DNA of 64,000 nt from a virus. Positions 26,346-35,793 of this stretch are shown one piece after another. The notes under the pieces are model-generated. The model searched no databases. It was not told the origin of the DNA and saw only the letters and a list, made by a program, of their open reading frames with translations. The number at the start of each line of letters is the position of its first letter. The stretch's first letter is position 1. Position numbers and translations under genes: made by a program. The DNA is taken from the IMG/VR virus record IMGVR_UViG_3300026097_001455, positions 16,862 through 80,861 of that record; one strand, given 5' to 3'.

Positions 26346-29300
26346 TATGTTATTGTAATCTTAGAAATACCCGCTTTAGGGTTGTTTTCAACGACTTCTG
26401 GCTCTAATCCATCTGTTACCTTGGTAACCTCTATGATGTTGTCCGAGAAGTCCTTTATTTCGTTCCTGTGCGTAATTATAAGCACGTTCTTATACTTATT
26501 TCTTAAATAGTTCAAAATATTGACTACACCCATGGTAAGTTCATCATCAAGTGTCCCGAAACCTTCGTCTATAATTCTAACAGTAGGCTTTGTAAGTCGG
26601 CTCATATACCTCAGCGCCTCTGTAATTACGATTGAAGCTATAAACTTTTGTGAGCCAGATGCAGATGTCAATGGAAGCGTGTCTCCTTTGTCATCGCTAA
26701 AATAGAATGTCTCAACAATATCTCCGTTCTGCTGTATGTCAAGATCAATTTTAAAGTCAACTACCTCTTGAAGTATTGAGTTAATTTTTGAATTAATAAT
26801 AGGAAGCTTTCTTCTTATAATAGAAGCTGGTATTCCATCTCTATGTACAGCTTGTAAATAAATAGAGTATTTCTTATACAGCCTTTCAGAATTGTTTATC
26901 TGACTAAGTTTGTCATCATAGTTTTCTCTATTATTCTCAAGAACTTTAAGCTCACCATAGCACTTGTTTATGTTCTTATCCAGGTTAAACACTGTAAGCT
27001 TGTAAGACTTGTACACCCTAGTCTTTTCATCTACCTGTTCTTGAATCTCTTTGTTTCTCTTTATCTTCCCGATGTTCTCATCAAACTTGCTTATCTTAGC
27101 CTCAAGGTCAGATATTAACTTCTCATTAGCACTAACCTCTTTGTTCTTGGTAGAGAGTTTTTTGCTATTGATGTCAACCTCATTGTTATGATCAATAATG
27201 TCTTGAGAGTTTTCTATGAGGTTGATCTTATCTTTAAGAATCTTAAGTGACTCACGCTTCACTGATATAGATTCTTCAGCTATATCAAGCTGGTTTTTCT
27301 CGTTGTCTACAGTAGTGTTGTGCGCTATAATAGCATCATTCTCCTTAATTCTTCTTTCCTTGTAATCAACAAGTCCTTGCTTCATTTCAATCTCTTCTAA
27401 GCATTCCACCTCCTTTTCTGGGTCTGGCTTATGTTCTACATGTCCGCATGTTGGGCAGCACTTGCCTTGATATGTTGGTAGCTTGGCGTTTAAGTTGGTT
27501 ATTTCTCCTTTAAGCTCTTTTATCTGATCTTCGAAATTAGATACTTCAAGCTCTGAATTCTTAGGGTTGGTGTTAAGCCAGTCTTTCTTTGTTCTAATTT
27601 TATTCTCAAGACCATTAACTGTTTTTTGCTGTTCTGATAATTGAGATTTAAGCGAACTTATACTAACGCCCTTATCAAAAGGAAGTTCCTTCTTAAAGTT
27701 TTTGTCAAGCCATTTTTCAAGATTTCCAATAACTACCTTGTCACTTTCAATAGATTCTTTGATGGACTCTATTTTCTTAACTGCGGCATCTCTGTCTGTA
27801 ATTCCAGGGTCTTCAACTTTGTCAATTTTCTTATTAAGCTCAATGATCTCATCGTTTGTATCATTCTGCTTTATGAGCATCATGTCTTTCTCTTCCTCAA
27901 AAGACTTTAGCTCCTCTTTCTTTTCTTTGATTTCAGAGTCGATTTCTTTGATCTTATTCTCAATCTCTATAGCATTACCAAGGTCTTTCTGCTTACGCTT
28001 AACATCATTAAAAAAAGTCTTTCCATACTCATGCCTATCCTTGTATGGCTCAAGACCAAGAAATCTACTTATAAGAGCATTTTTTGGCTGCTGCTGTTGA
28101 TTAATGTAATCACCTTTTCCACCCTGAGCCTGGAGCGATGTCTTAGTGAAGTCATCAAACGTACCGATTGCATCAAGCACAATTGACTTAACTTCTTTTT
28201 TCTCCATTGTCTTTTTATCAGAAATCTCTGGAGACCACTTCTCTCCGACAACGTTTCCGTCATCATCATACTCCTTAGCAAGTTTGTCATACTTTATTCC
28301 AAAGCTATTTTTACCTTTCTTAGTAGTTATCTTCCTGTATATTCTATACTTTTCACCATTAATAGTTAGAAAAATTTTCACATAACCCGTATCCGAATCT
28401 GTATAAATATTTACAAGGTATTTTGAAGTGCTTCGATTTCCACCAAGCATTTCTTCATATAACCCCCATACAATAGCTTTGATCACATTTGACTTACCAT
28501 TAAAGTTCTTTCCAAATATTCCAGTAAGTCCCCCAACCTTATCAAAATCTATTTTTAAAGGCTTTTTGTCAAATGAAAGTATGTTACTTATTTCTATTGA
28601 GTTAAGGTCCCAGTCACTCATATGTCTTGATGAGGATTCATTGATTTCAAGAGTTTCGTCTACATGTCTTGCAAACTCCATAAGCTCCTTCATGAGATCA
28701 TCATCAACCTCAAAATCTCCATCTTCTATCCACTCCTTGAAAAGGTCTTCAAAAACTTGTTCCTGCTCTTCATCTTCTTGGAGTTCTGCAACATCCCTTA
28801 TTATTTCGACAAACTCAACACGAACACTTTCGCATCCATATTTATCACGCACAAGTCTCTTAATCTGATTTTCCTTCTCAATAGAGTAGTTCTCTTCATA
28901 ATCTTCCCAAGTGATATATACCTTTGTTTTTCTCTTGTTATTACTAAACTTAACGTATTCAATCCTTTCGTCAACATCCTCGCCTTTTGCGATGTCTATT
29001 TTAGCAAACCCATAATCATTTAGAACAAACTTTCTCTCGTGAGTACAGTTATCTAAATCCCACAGAAGGTATCCTTTATCAATAGATTCTCCAAAGTTCT
29101 GCTGAATTAAAGAGCCTGCATAAGCTACTGTATCATCATCTCTGAATGTCTGGTATTCATGAATATCTCCAAGCATAACAACATCAAAATTGTTAAAGGT
29201 GCTTAGTCTCATTAGGTTATCACCCTGCATTTGGTATCCATTATCTCCTCTAGCTCCGTAAACAGTGCCATGATACATTGCTACATACTTTTTTCCTGGC

Positions 29301-29788
29301 TCCTTTTTTTCTAAAGTTAGAATTTCATTATCCTTGCAAGAATAAACTCCGTAAACGAGATTGTCACTGATTTCATAGAATCCTGAATCTGGATAATAAT
29401 ATACAGCTTTCTTACTAAAGTCTATACTATCCTTGTTTTCGTTTGTAACAACCACAGCCTTTCTGTTACCTGAATCTTCCAGTAAGTTTGCTAGATTGAA
29501 TATTGGGGATATTGCGTCACCCTGCTCAAGCTGTTGAAGATTGAGATCATGATTGCCTAAAATAACATCTGTTGGGGCTATGTCAGAAAGTTTAATGAAT
29601 AGCTCTGCTAATAAGCTAAAAGAATTTGGTGACATATTAATCTTGTGGTGAACAAGGTCTCCTGCTAAATAGATTCTATCTGGCTTTTGTTTTTTAAGGT
29701 CTTCATAAAGTCTTTCAAATACTTGTCTGTATTCATCATGCCTTGTTCCAAACCTAATCTGTATATCTGCTAAGTGGGCTATTTTCAT
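26345..29788 (-). CDS. Fused SbcD/Mre11 nuclease and SbcC/Rad50 ATPase (gp47+gp46-like)
   Basis: HLADIQ, AGDLVH, LGNHD, MYHG, LGDIH phosphoesterase motifs; Walker A GKNFNGKS; Zn hook CPTCG; ASGSQK signature; IIDEGFGTLD; ITH. Confidence 0.92.
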   Translation of the reverse strand: MKIAHLADIQIRFGTRHDEYRQVFERLYEDLKKQKPDRIYLAGDLVHHKINMSPNSFSLLAELFIKLSDIAPTDVILGNHDLNLQQLEQGDAISPIFNLANLLEDSGNRKAVVVTNENKDSIDFSKKAVYYYPDSGFYEISDNLVYGVYSCKDNEILTLEKKEPGKKYVAMYHGTVYGARGDNGYQMQGDNLMRLSTFNNFDVVMLGDIHEYQTFRDDDTVAYAGSLIQQNFGESIDKGYLLWDLDNCTHERKFVLNDYGFAKIDIAKGEDVDERIEYVKFSNNKRKTKVYITWEDYEENYSIEKENQIKRLVRDKYGCESVRVEFVEIIRDVAELQEDEEQEQVFEDLFKEWIEDGDFEVDDDLMKELMEFARHVDETLEINESSSRHMSDWDLNSIEISNILSFDKKPLKIDFDKVGGLTGIFGKNFNGKSNVIKAIVWGLYEEMLGGNRSTSKYLVNIYTDSDTGYVKIFLTINGEKYRIYRKITTKKGKNSFGIKYDKLAKEYDDDGNVVGEKWSPEISDKKTMEKKEVKSIVLDAIGTFDDFTKTSLQAQGGKGDYINQQQQPKNALISRFLGLEPYKDRHEYGKTFFNDVKRKQKDLGNAIEIENKIKEIDSEIKEKKEELKSFEEEKDMMLIKQNDTNDEIIELNKKIDKVEDPGITDRDAAVKKIESIKESIESDKVVIGNLEKWLDKNFKKELPFDKGVSISSLKSQLSEQQKTVNGLENKIRTKKDWLNTNPKNSELEVSNFEDQIKELKGEITNLNAKLPTYQGKCCPTCGHVEHKPDPEKEVECLEEIEMKQGLVDYKERRIKENDAIIAHNTTVDNEKNQLDIAEESISVKRESLKILKDKINLIENSQDIIDHNNEVDINSKKLSTKNKEVSANEKLISDLEAKISKFDENIGKIKRNKEIQEQVDEKTRVYKSYKLTVFNLDKNINKCYGELKVLENNRENYDDKLSQINNSERLYKKYSIYLQAVHRDGIPASIIRRKLPIINSKINSILQEVVDFKIDLDIQQNGDIVETFYFSDDKGDTLPLTSASGSQKFIASIVITEALRYMSRLTKPTVRIIDEGFGTLDDELTMGVVNILNYLRNKYKNVLIITHRNEIKDFSDNIIEVTKVTDGLEPEVVENNPKAGISKITIT

Positions 29789-30798
29789 CCTTTAAGTTTA
29801 TTTTTAATTTGAGAGGATAGGTTCATCTTTCTGACGCAACGCAGAGCTTTTGCTACTTCCTCTTTGCCGTGGTCTTCATAAATCTTTGCAATATCCTTTT
29901 GGTGGCCTGATAAATCTACAAAAAAAACGTTCAAACCTAAAGAAGAAAGTTCTTGATAGGTTTCGATAGTTTTTTTCATCGCATCTGGGTCAAAACAAAG
30001 AATTACAATTGGGTTGTGCTTAAGTAGTTGAGCTATTAAAAGTGGAGATGCTTGCTTTCCAAGTACAGGGATAGAGTTGGGTACTTGAAACATGTCAAAC
30101 ACCCCTTCTACAAGATAAACAGGTAGGTCCCAGTTAATGTTGTATTCATTAAATATGATGTCATTTTTATGAACTTCCTCACCGCTTGGCTTCATGTAAG
30201 GAATCTTAGGGTCTTTCATATAAGATCGAGCATCATAATAATTAAACCTACCAAGAGAATTCTTGGAGGGGATTATTATTCTAAACTTTCTATCTCCAGA
30301 TTCAGTGTAGCCTATTTGATATTCATCTATCACATCAAGACTTAGTTTACGCTGCTTTTTTCCGTGACCAGTAAAATACTCCCAAGCAAGATTATATAAA
30401 TTTGTATTTCTCTTTTTGCCAAGAGGCATATATCCCTCTGGGAGTTTACATGTAACAAGGTGGTGATCTGTTCTGGGCTTAGCTGCCTGCTTGCTAAATT
30501 TCTTGAGCTTATCTGGAGGGAGTATTAGTTTTAACTTATCATAATCAGCTTGGGTACCGTAATCTTTTGTAAGCTTGTACACGAAACCGTAGTATTCACA
30601 CTTCCAGCACTTAAATACTTTCTTTTTAGAATTAAATTCTAGATTGAATTTATCAACATCATGCCTACAGGTAGGAGTAGGGCAATTGAACTGCCACTGA
30701 TCTTTACTCAGCGCATCAACTTCACTCTTAGGTTTTCCAAGAAAGTTCTTTAGAACTTCGACTACCATGTAGCCCTTGTTCACTCCATCTCCATCCAT
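29785..30798 (-). CDS. DNA primase (Zn finger plus TOPRIM)
   Basis: CPTPTC...CWKC; RIIIPS; LVEGVFD; CFDPDA. Confidence 0.88.
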   Translation of the reverse strand: MDGDGVNKGYMVVEVLKNFLGKPKSEVDALSKDQWQFNCPTPTCRHDVDKFNLEFNSKKKVFKCWKCEYYGFVYKLTKDYGTQADYDKLKLILPPDKLKKFSKQAAKPRTDHHLVTCKLPEGYMPLGKKRNTNLYNLAWEYFTGHGKKQRKLSLDVIDEYQIGYTESGDRKFRIIIPSKNSLGRFNYYDARSYMKDPKIPYMKPSGEEVHKNDIIFNEYNINWDLPVYLVEGVFDMFQVPNSIPVLGKQASPLLIAQLLKHNPIVILCFDPDAMKKTIETYQELSSLGLNVFFVDLSGHQKDIAKIYEDHGKEEVAKALRCVRKMNLSSQIKNKLKG

Positions 30799-30803
30799 AC
30801 TTA

Positions 30804-30811
30804 CAAATGTA
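30804..30811 (-). promoter_or_regulatory. TAnnTTTG element upstream of the primase gene
   Basis: TACATTTG, 5 nt before ATG 30798. Confidence 0.45.
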
Positions 30812-30826
30812 CAGATTTTTTTGGAA

Positions 30827-31366
30827 TTATCCTTCTTTTTGTTCGTTCACTACGTTGATATGACATTTTCCCACAGTGTATGCATCACACATGTCATAAT
30901 TTTCTGTAGTTAACTTATGGCTTCTAGGTCCATATTTCCAAACAATATGAGGCTCTCTGTCACGAACTATAGTCCATATCTGATGCTTGTTCTCTGCGCT
31001 TTTTCTCTTTGCCTTATACTCTGGGAAAGCTGTCTTTCTAGCTGTATTAACATTGTAATAAATAGGCTCTATTCCGAACATTTCATAAACACATGCACTG
31101 ATCATCCCGTTAAAGAAGTTTAGGATAGCTATTGTACTTGCGCTTGAATATTTTCCAGCAAACTTTTTGAGTGGTTCCTCAATTGCTATTTGCTGTACAT
31201 CAACCTCTTCAAGAAACTTCATCTTTTTCTTAAATTCAGCTAATTTTTCAAAAATACTAATTTTGTTTTTGAATTTTATATAGTTAAGTTCCAATAGCTT
31301 TTCACCTGCCTCATCAAAGAGGGCATAGCCTATACAGCTTGTAGATACATCTAGTGCTAGAATCAT
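30827..31366 (-). CDS. RuvC-like Holliday junction resolvase
   Basis: ILALDVSTSCIGYA, IAIEEP, DMCDAYTV. Confidence 0.85.
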   Translation of the reverse strand: MILALDVSTSCIGYALFDEAGEKLLELNYIKFKNKISIFEKLAEFKKKMKFLEEVDVQQIAIEEPLKKFAGKYSSASTIAILNFFNGMISACVYEMFGIEPIYYNVNTARKTAFPEYKAKRKSAENKHQIWTIVRDREPHIVWKYGPRSHKLTTENYDMCDAYTVGKCHINVVNEQKEG

Positions 31367-31387
31367 AATTTAGATTTTATAAAACAT

Positions 31388-31419
31388 AAAAAAAGCGCTC
31401 GAAAATATCAAGCGCTTTT
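31388..31419. terminator. Intrinsic terminator
   Basis: aaaagcgct...agcgctttt. Confidence 0.65.
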
Positions 31420-31441
31420 CATTAATAATGCTGGGGTTGCA

Positions 31442-32539
31442 TTAAACGTCTATGTCAAGATTAAACGTGATTAAGTTAGTGTAAGTTTTTTCTACTGGTC
31501 GATCAAGCTTCGCAACTGCAATCAACTCACTATTTTTGTTATACATACCAATTTCGGTTACATAAATAGAGTCAAACCCATTAGTACCATTTTGAAGTTC
31601 TTGCAAGTTAAAGGCAAGGTCCCAAGACGGGTTGGTTGAGAATGAAAACTCACCTGGCAACGCCAAACAAACGACAGATGTTCTGAAGTTAATGTTTATA
31701 TCGGTATAAGTTAACTGAGAATTTGCTGAGCCGCCTGTGAAATAGACATTTGTAGTTCCAGAGTTAGAAGCGTTGGTATATTGATCAAACCCTTCGTTCC
31801 AAGGAATGTTGTTAACAATGTCTGGGTGCGTTAATACCATAAATCCTTTATCAAGAACTGCAAACCCAACTGGAATATCATAATTGTATCCCTGATTTGT
31901 AGTTGTAGGATAGTTTTCTGTAATTGATGTCACCGCTAAATTAACTCCTGACCATGGTCTATTATCTGTGTTGATGTCGGCAGAATCAACATCTGAATAT
32001 GAATGTGCAGCTGGTCTATCAACAAAAGGTGAAACATTCCAGGTATTTCTTGGTGTAAATGTAGTTACACTAGGAGTTCCTGCATTTGTTGTTCCTGTTC
32101 TTGGTAAATTTACATCATCAGAAAAAAGAAAAGATATATTATCACCGAGTAATGTGGAGTTTTGAGATTTAGTTAGTTGTCCATAAGTAGATGAAACAAC
32201 CGTCTTAGTTGAACTAGAGCCTTGAGGCACTGTAAAAGTAATACTTCTACCATCAATTATTTCACTATACTCCTCTCTAGGTATTGGGCAGATTACTATA
32301 TTATCAACATTTAATTGCTGAAGTTCTGGGTTCTGCAAAGAAAGAGTTGACCCTGTAGCAAATTGAGCTGCTTCATGTGGTAGCCTAAAAGAAAGAAAGT
32401 AATTAGCTTCTTTGCTAGTAAGGTTAGTTCTATCACAAAGCGTGTAGGTAAGACCGCTTTCGCTTATCGCTCTAAAAGTGGAATTCTCTTGCTTTGTTGA
32501 TATTAAACTTGTTATTGGTTTATATGGTACGTTTGCCAT
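31442..32539 (-). CDS. Tail/baseplate structural protein
   Basis: C-terminal YVTEIGMYNKNSELIAVAKLDRPVEK, tail-collar (P2 gpH N-terminal)-like motif. Confidence 0.65.
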   Translation of the reverse strand: MANVPYKPITSLISTKQENSTFRAISESGLTYTLCDRTNLTSKEANYFLSFRLPHEAAQFATGSTLSLQNPELQQLNVDNIVICPIPREEYSEIIDGRSITFTVPQGSSSTKTVVSSTYGQLTKSQNSTLLGDNISFLFSDDVNLPRTGTTNAGTPSVTTFTPRNTWNVSPFVDRPAAHSYSDVDSADINTDNRPWSGVNLAVTSITENYPTTTNQGYNYDIPVGFAVLDKGFMVLTHPDIVNNIPWNEGFDQYTNASNSGTTNVYFTGGSANSQLTYTDININFRTSVVCLALPGEFSFSTNPSWDLAFNLQELQNGTNGFDSIYVTEIGMYNKNSELIAVAKLDRPVEKTYTNLITFNLDIDV

Positions 32540-32558
32540 CTTTTTTTAGTTTTATAGT

Positions 32559-33095
32559 TTATGCTGTTGCAAATTGCTGACTTCCACCACCGCTAGTAGC
32601 GCCAAACACACCTGTAAACCTAACTGTATATTGAATTGCTGCAGATGTTTGGTTGGTATCTAATCCATACACAGTAAATGTAAGGGTTTTTGGAATGCTT
32701 GTTGGTTGAGACGGAAGTCCTAATGGATTATCTGCAATCCAGTTTCTTAAATCAGTTCTATATTGAGAAGGTATCCCTGTTTGATAGTCATAGTATCCAT
32801 CTGAGTAGGAATTGTTTTTCTCGCAAAAAGTTACATAAAACTCACTTGAGTTTGGTTGAGGTAAGTGAAATTTTAAATAACTTGCCCCCTGCGAGCTATC
32901 AGATGTTAGTGGAACTACTATTTTGTTTCCTCCTATACTTATCGCATTAAGAGGGATATTAAATGAGCCCGTAGGTCCAGAAACTGTGTGTGGTTCTGAA
33001 AAAACAGTTCCATTACTCAGGTTAGTGGTAGTGAAATTTACTACCTGTGCCATTGGAAATCCTATATTTTGTGGGTCTTGATTTGCTGTTGCCAT
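32559..33095 (-). CDS. Probable virion protein
   Basis: S/T/G/N-rich, inside the structural operon. Confidence 0.55.
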   Translation of the reverse strand: MATANQDPQNIGFPMAQVVNFTTTNLSNGTVFSEPHTVSGPTGSFNIPLNAISIGGNKIVVPLTSDSSQGASYLKFHLPQPNSSEFYVTFCEKNNSYSDGYYDYQTGIPSQYRTDLRNWIADNPLGLPSQPTSIPKTLTFTVYGLDTNQTSAAIQYTVRFTGVFGATSGGGSQQFATA

Positions 33096-33112
33096 TTTGT
33101 TTTATTTTTTAA

Positions 33113-33583
33113 TTATAAACCACCCAATCCTGCTACTGGTCCTATAAGTCCTGGAAGTGCTGGAAGGGTTCCGCCCCCTCCTGATGGAGGTATGATGTTT
33201 CCGCTTTCTGAAGAAGAAATATCTGGTAAATCACTTTCTCTAATAAGAAGCTGATCTCCATCAACATCTGTTGAATACTCGACATTAGTGGGAGTATCAT
33301 CAAACACATAAGCAAGCAAGCTAGTTTGGGTATAGTTAGCTGTAGCCTTAAGGCATCCTTCAGCCTTACCTGTTACATCTGGAACATCTCCAGACTCTAA
33401 TAAATAGGCATCAGAAAGTTGATAATTTGTGTCAGAATCAGAAAGTGCAAACTTTGTGATTTGAAACAAATCATCGCCTGCTCCATCAAACCTATTGTTA
33501 TTTTCATTAAATAAGTACCTCCTACCTGTCTCTGTTAGGTAGGCTGTTGCGTAAACTGTATCTGCCGAAGGTATATATCCCAT
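33113..33583 (-). CDS. Tail/baseplate structural protein
   Basis: AYLTETGRRYL...ITKFALSDSDTNY, paralogous to the N-terminus of 33624-35660. Confidence 0.6.
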   Translation of the reverse strand: MGYIPSADTVYATAYLTETGRRYLFNENNNRFDGAGDDLFQITKFALSDSDTNYQLSDAYLLESGDVPDVTGKAEGCLKATANYTQTSLLAYVFDDTPTNVEYSTDVDGDQLLIRESDLPDISSSESGNIIPPSGGGGTLPALPGLIGPVAGLGGL

Positions 33584-33623
33584 GTTCTATCTTTTTAATA
33601 TAAATATCTCAATTTAAAAAAAC

Positions 33624-35660
33624 TTAGAAATCTATTTCTAATTGGAAAGCTAAGTATCTTGATGAATTCTTTTTAATTGGAAATGTTGGCTTACCAACTG
33701 CAACCAATACGTTATTATTATTTAGAACCCCAACTTCTGTTATGTAAGTGTCTGTATCAAGCAATCCATCAAAGCTTGAGTTTTGCGAATTATTGTATTG
33801 AGGGTCTGGAAGCTGTACTGTCATTATAGACTTAAACACAGTCGCTCTTATAGATGCTTTTATGTTACCGAAGAAAAATGATTCATTCCCAAAGGTAAGT
33901 CCATAACTATCGTCATCGTTATTATCGTGAAATGTGTTGTCAAGAACATAAGTGCTTCCGCTTACATAGTCTTCTCTTGAGGTTATAAACTGAAAACCTG
34001 CTAAGTTATTAGGGTCAATCGTTAAACTTCCTGTAGAGCCTGTATATAAGCCGTTACCAGTTCCTCCCGAAGACATTAATCTCCATCCATCTGTTGGTAT
34101 TGTATCTAAATCGACAGAAGGGCTAGTTGTCAAATCAACTTCATTTACGAGTAGCTGTACTTTATTTGCATTCCAACCAGTTCCAGAAAGGGCGCTCATA
34201 TTACTAGAGTTTCTCATGTAAGGAAATGACGAAGAATTAAAGTATGCCCTAAGGTATTGAGGATTCCCAGAAGAGTCTTCAACTCCATCTATCCTCTGAA
34301 TATATTGACACGGCAAAGATTGAGGGTATCCATAAGAACTACCTGAGGCGTATTCTGAATCACTTTCTGTTATATAAGTCACAAAGTATGTGTACCCGCT
34401 TCTAAGCACTCCTGTTGAATTATTTGTATTAAGAGGTGTCTTAGGAACAGTTGTTGATTCCACGGTTAATGGGGGGAGGGTGTATGATCTGTTAGACTTA
34501 TATGTCAACGCTGTTAGTAATTCAGCATCTGTTATCACAATAAGTTTTAGTTTATGATAAACTCTACCTACAACAAAATTTTGAGCCGAATTTCCATCTC
34601 TAAGTTCTCTATATGTTGTCTGAGCTGCTGCATCAAATATTGTCGAGCCTGCAGAATCACTTAACTGTATTCCATAAGAAGTTTCTGTTCCTATATTTCC
34701 AGGGTATCTGTGCCACTTTACATTTGGAATATCTATTACAACACTTTTTTCAACAAGCTGTTCTGCATACGTATTTCCAGTGTACTCATTTGTGTAATGA
34801 ATAACTCCAAGCTGTCTAGTCTCATCTTCAAATCCAAGATATTGCTTAGTTCCGTTGTATTCTATAGAGCCATATGTGGTATAACCACTTATTGAGGCGT
34901 CCGTACCTTCAACAGAGCTTGTTCTTACTATGTTCATATTCCACACTCTAGTGTTAACTGTTGCAGCAGAACCGTAAAAATCTTCAACTCCATTAAATGG
35001 ATAGAAATAAGTATTTAAAACTTGAGATGATGTTGTGCCTGTTCCTCCAAAATTAGGAACCTCCCTATCAAGAGTTACTACTGAAGTTCCAGTGTCAGCC
35101 GTCATTACTCTGTACCAAAGGTCGTTAATTGACTTTCCTGAGTTAATTAGCTCAGATGAATCATACACAAACCCACTTGCCTGAACTGGCTCCCAAGGTA
35201 TGTAAATTAGATCACCAGCAACAGGAATATATCCAGTTCCCCCTCCAGCAAGAGTTATTTCATTTGTCCCATCTGGAGTATATGTGGAGTAGTCTATTGT
35301 GTTAGAACCAATATATTCATCTGAATCAATCGCCCAAGAATTTGTTGAGCCTGTGAAAAATCCAGTAGAATCAGTGCTTGCTGTTATTATCTGTGTTGCA
35401 GAACCAACTGTAATAGGAAATGCATTGGAGCCATCAAAACTCGTTGGCGTTGCAAATCCAGGAGCTGAGTCCTTAGGGCTTAGTACTCTGTTGCAGCAGT
35501 CAATATCATACGCCCCAGTTCTATCAATGCCATAATCTATCTCTCTATCAGATACAATTGCATTATTAAACGTAAGCTGTCCGAGGGACAGAAGTTGTCT
35601 CCCAGCATCGGTAAGTTTTATGTTGATGAACGTTGTCGGCTCTTTTGGTAAATAACTCAT
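33624..35660 (-). CDS. Tail/baseplate structural protein
   Basis: N-terminal KLTDAGRQLL...SDREIDY and C-terminal YITEVGVLNNNNVLVAVGK. Confidence 0.65.
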   Translation of the reverse strand: MSYLPKEPTTFINIKLTDAGRQLLSLGQLTFNNAIVSDREIDYGIDRTGAYDIDCCNRVLSPKDSAPGFATPTSFDGSNAFPITVGSATQIITASTDSTGFFTGSTNSWAIDSDEYIGSNTIDYSTYTPDGTNEITLAGGGTGYIPVAGDLIYIPWEPVQASGFVYDSSELINSGKSINDLWYRVMTADTGTSVVTLDREVPNFGGTGTTSSQVLNTYFYPFNGVEDFYGSAATVNTRVWNMNIVRTSSVEGTDASISGYTTYGSIEYNGTKQYLGFEDETRQLGVIHYTNEYTGNTYAEQLVEKSVVIDIPNVKWHRYPGNIGTETSYGIQLSDSAGSTIFDAAAQTTYRELRDGNSAQNFVVGRVYHKLKLIVITDAELLTALTYKSNRSYTLPPLTVESTTVPKTPLNTNNSTGVLRSGYTYFVTYITESDSEYASGSSYGYPQSLPCQYIQRIDGVEDSSGNPQYLRAYFNSSSFPYMRNSSNMSALSGTGWNANKVQLLVNEVDLTTSPSVDLDTIPTDGWRLMSSGGTGNGLYTGSTGSLTIDPNNLAGFQFITSREDYVSGSTYVLDNTFHDNNDDDSYGLTFGNESFFFGNIKASIRATVFKSIMTVQLPDPQYNNSQNSSFDGLLDTDTYITEVGVLNNNNVLVAVGKPTFPIKKNSSRYLAFQLEIDF

Positions 35661-35793
35661 CTGAATATTTTCATATAAATAGACTGATAAAATTTATTTA
35701 ATTCACATCGAAAAATAAATAGTTTTGATCAAAAAGAATTTTCACATTTACATTCGAAAACTTTTTCACTAATATTTATTTAAAAAGCGCTTT

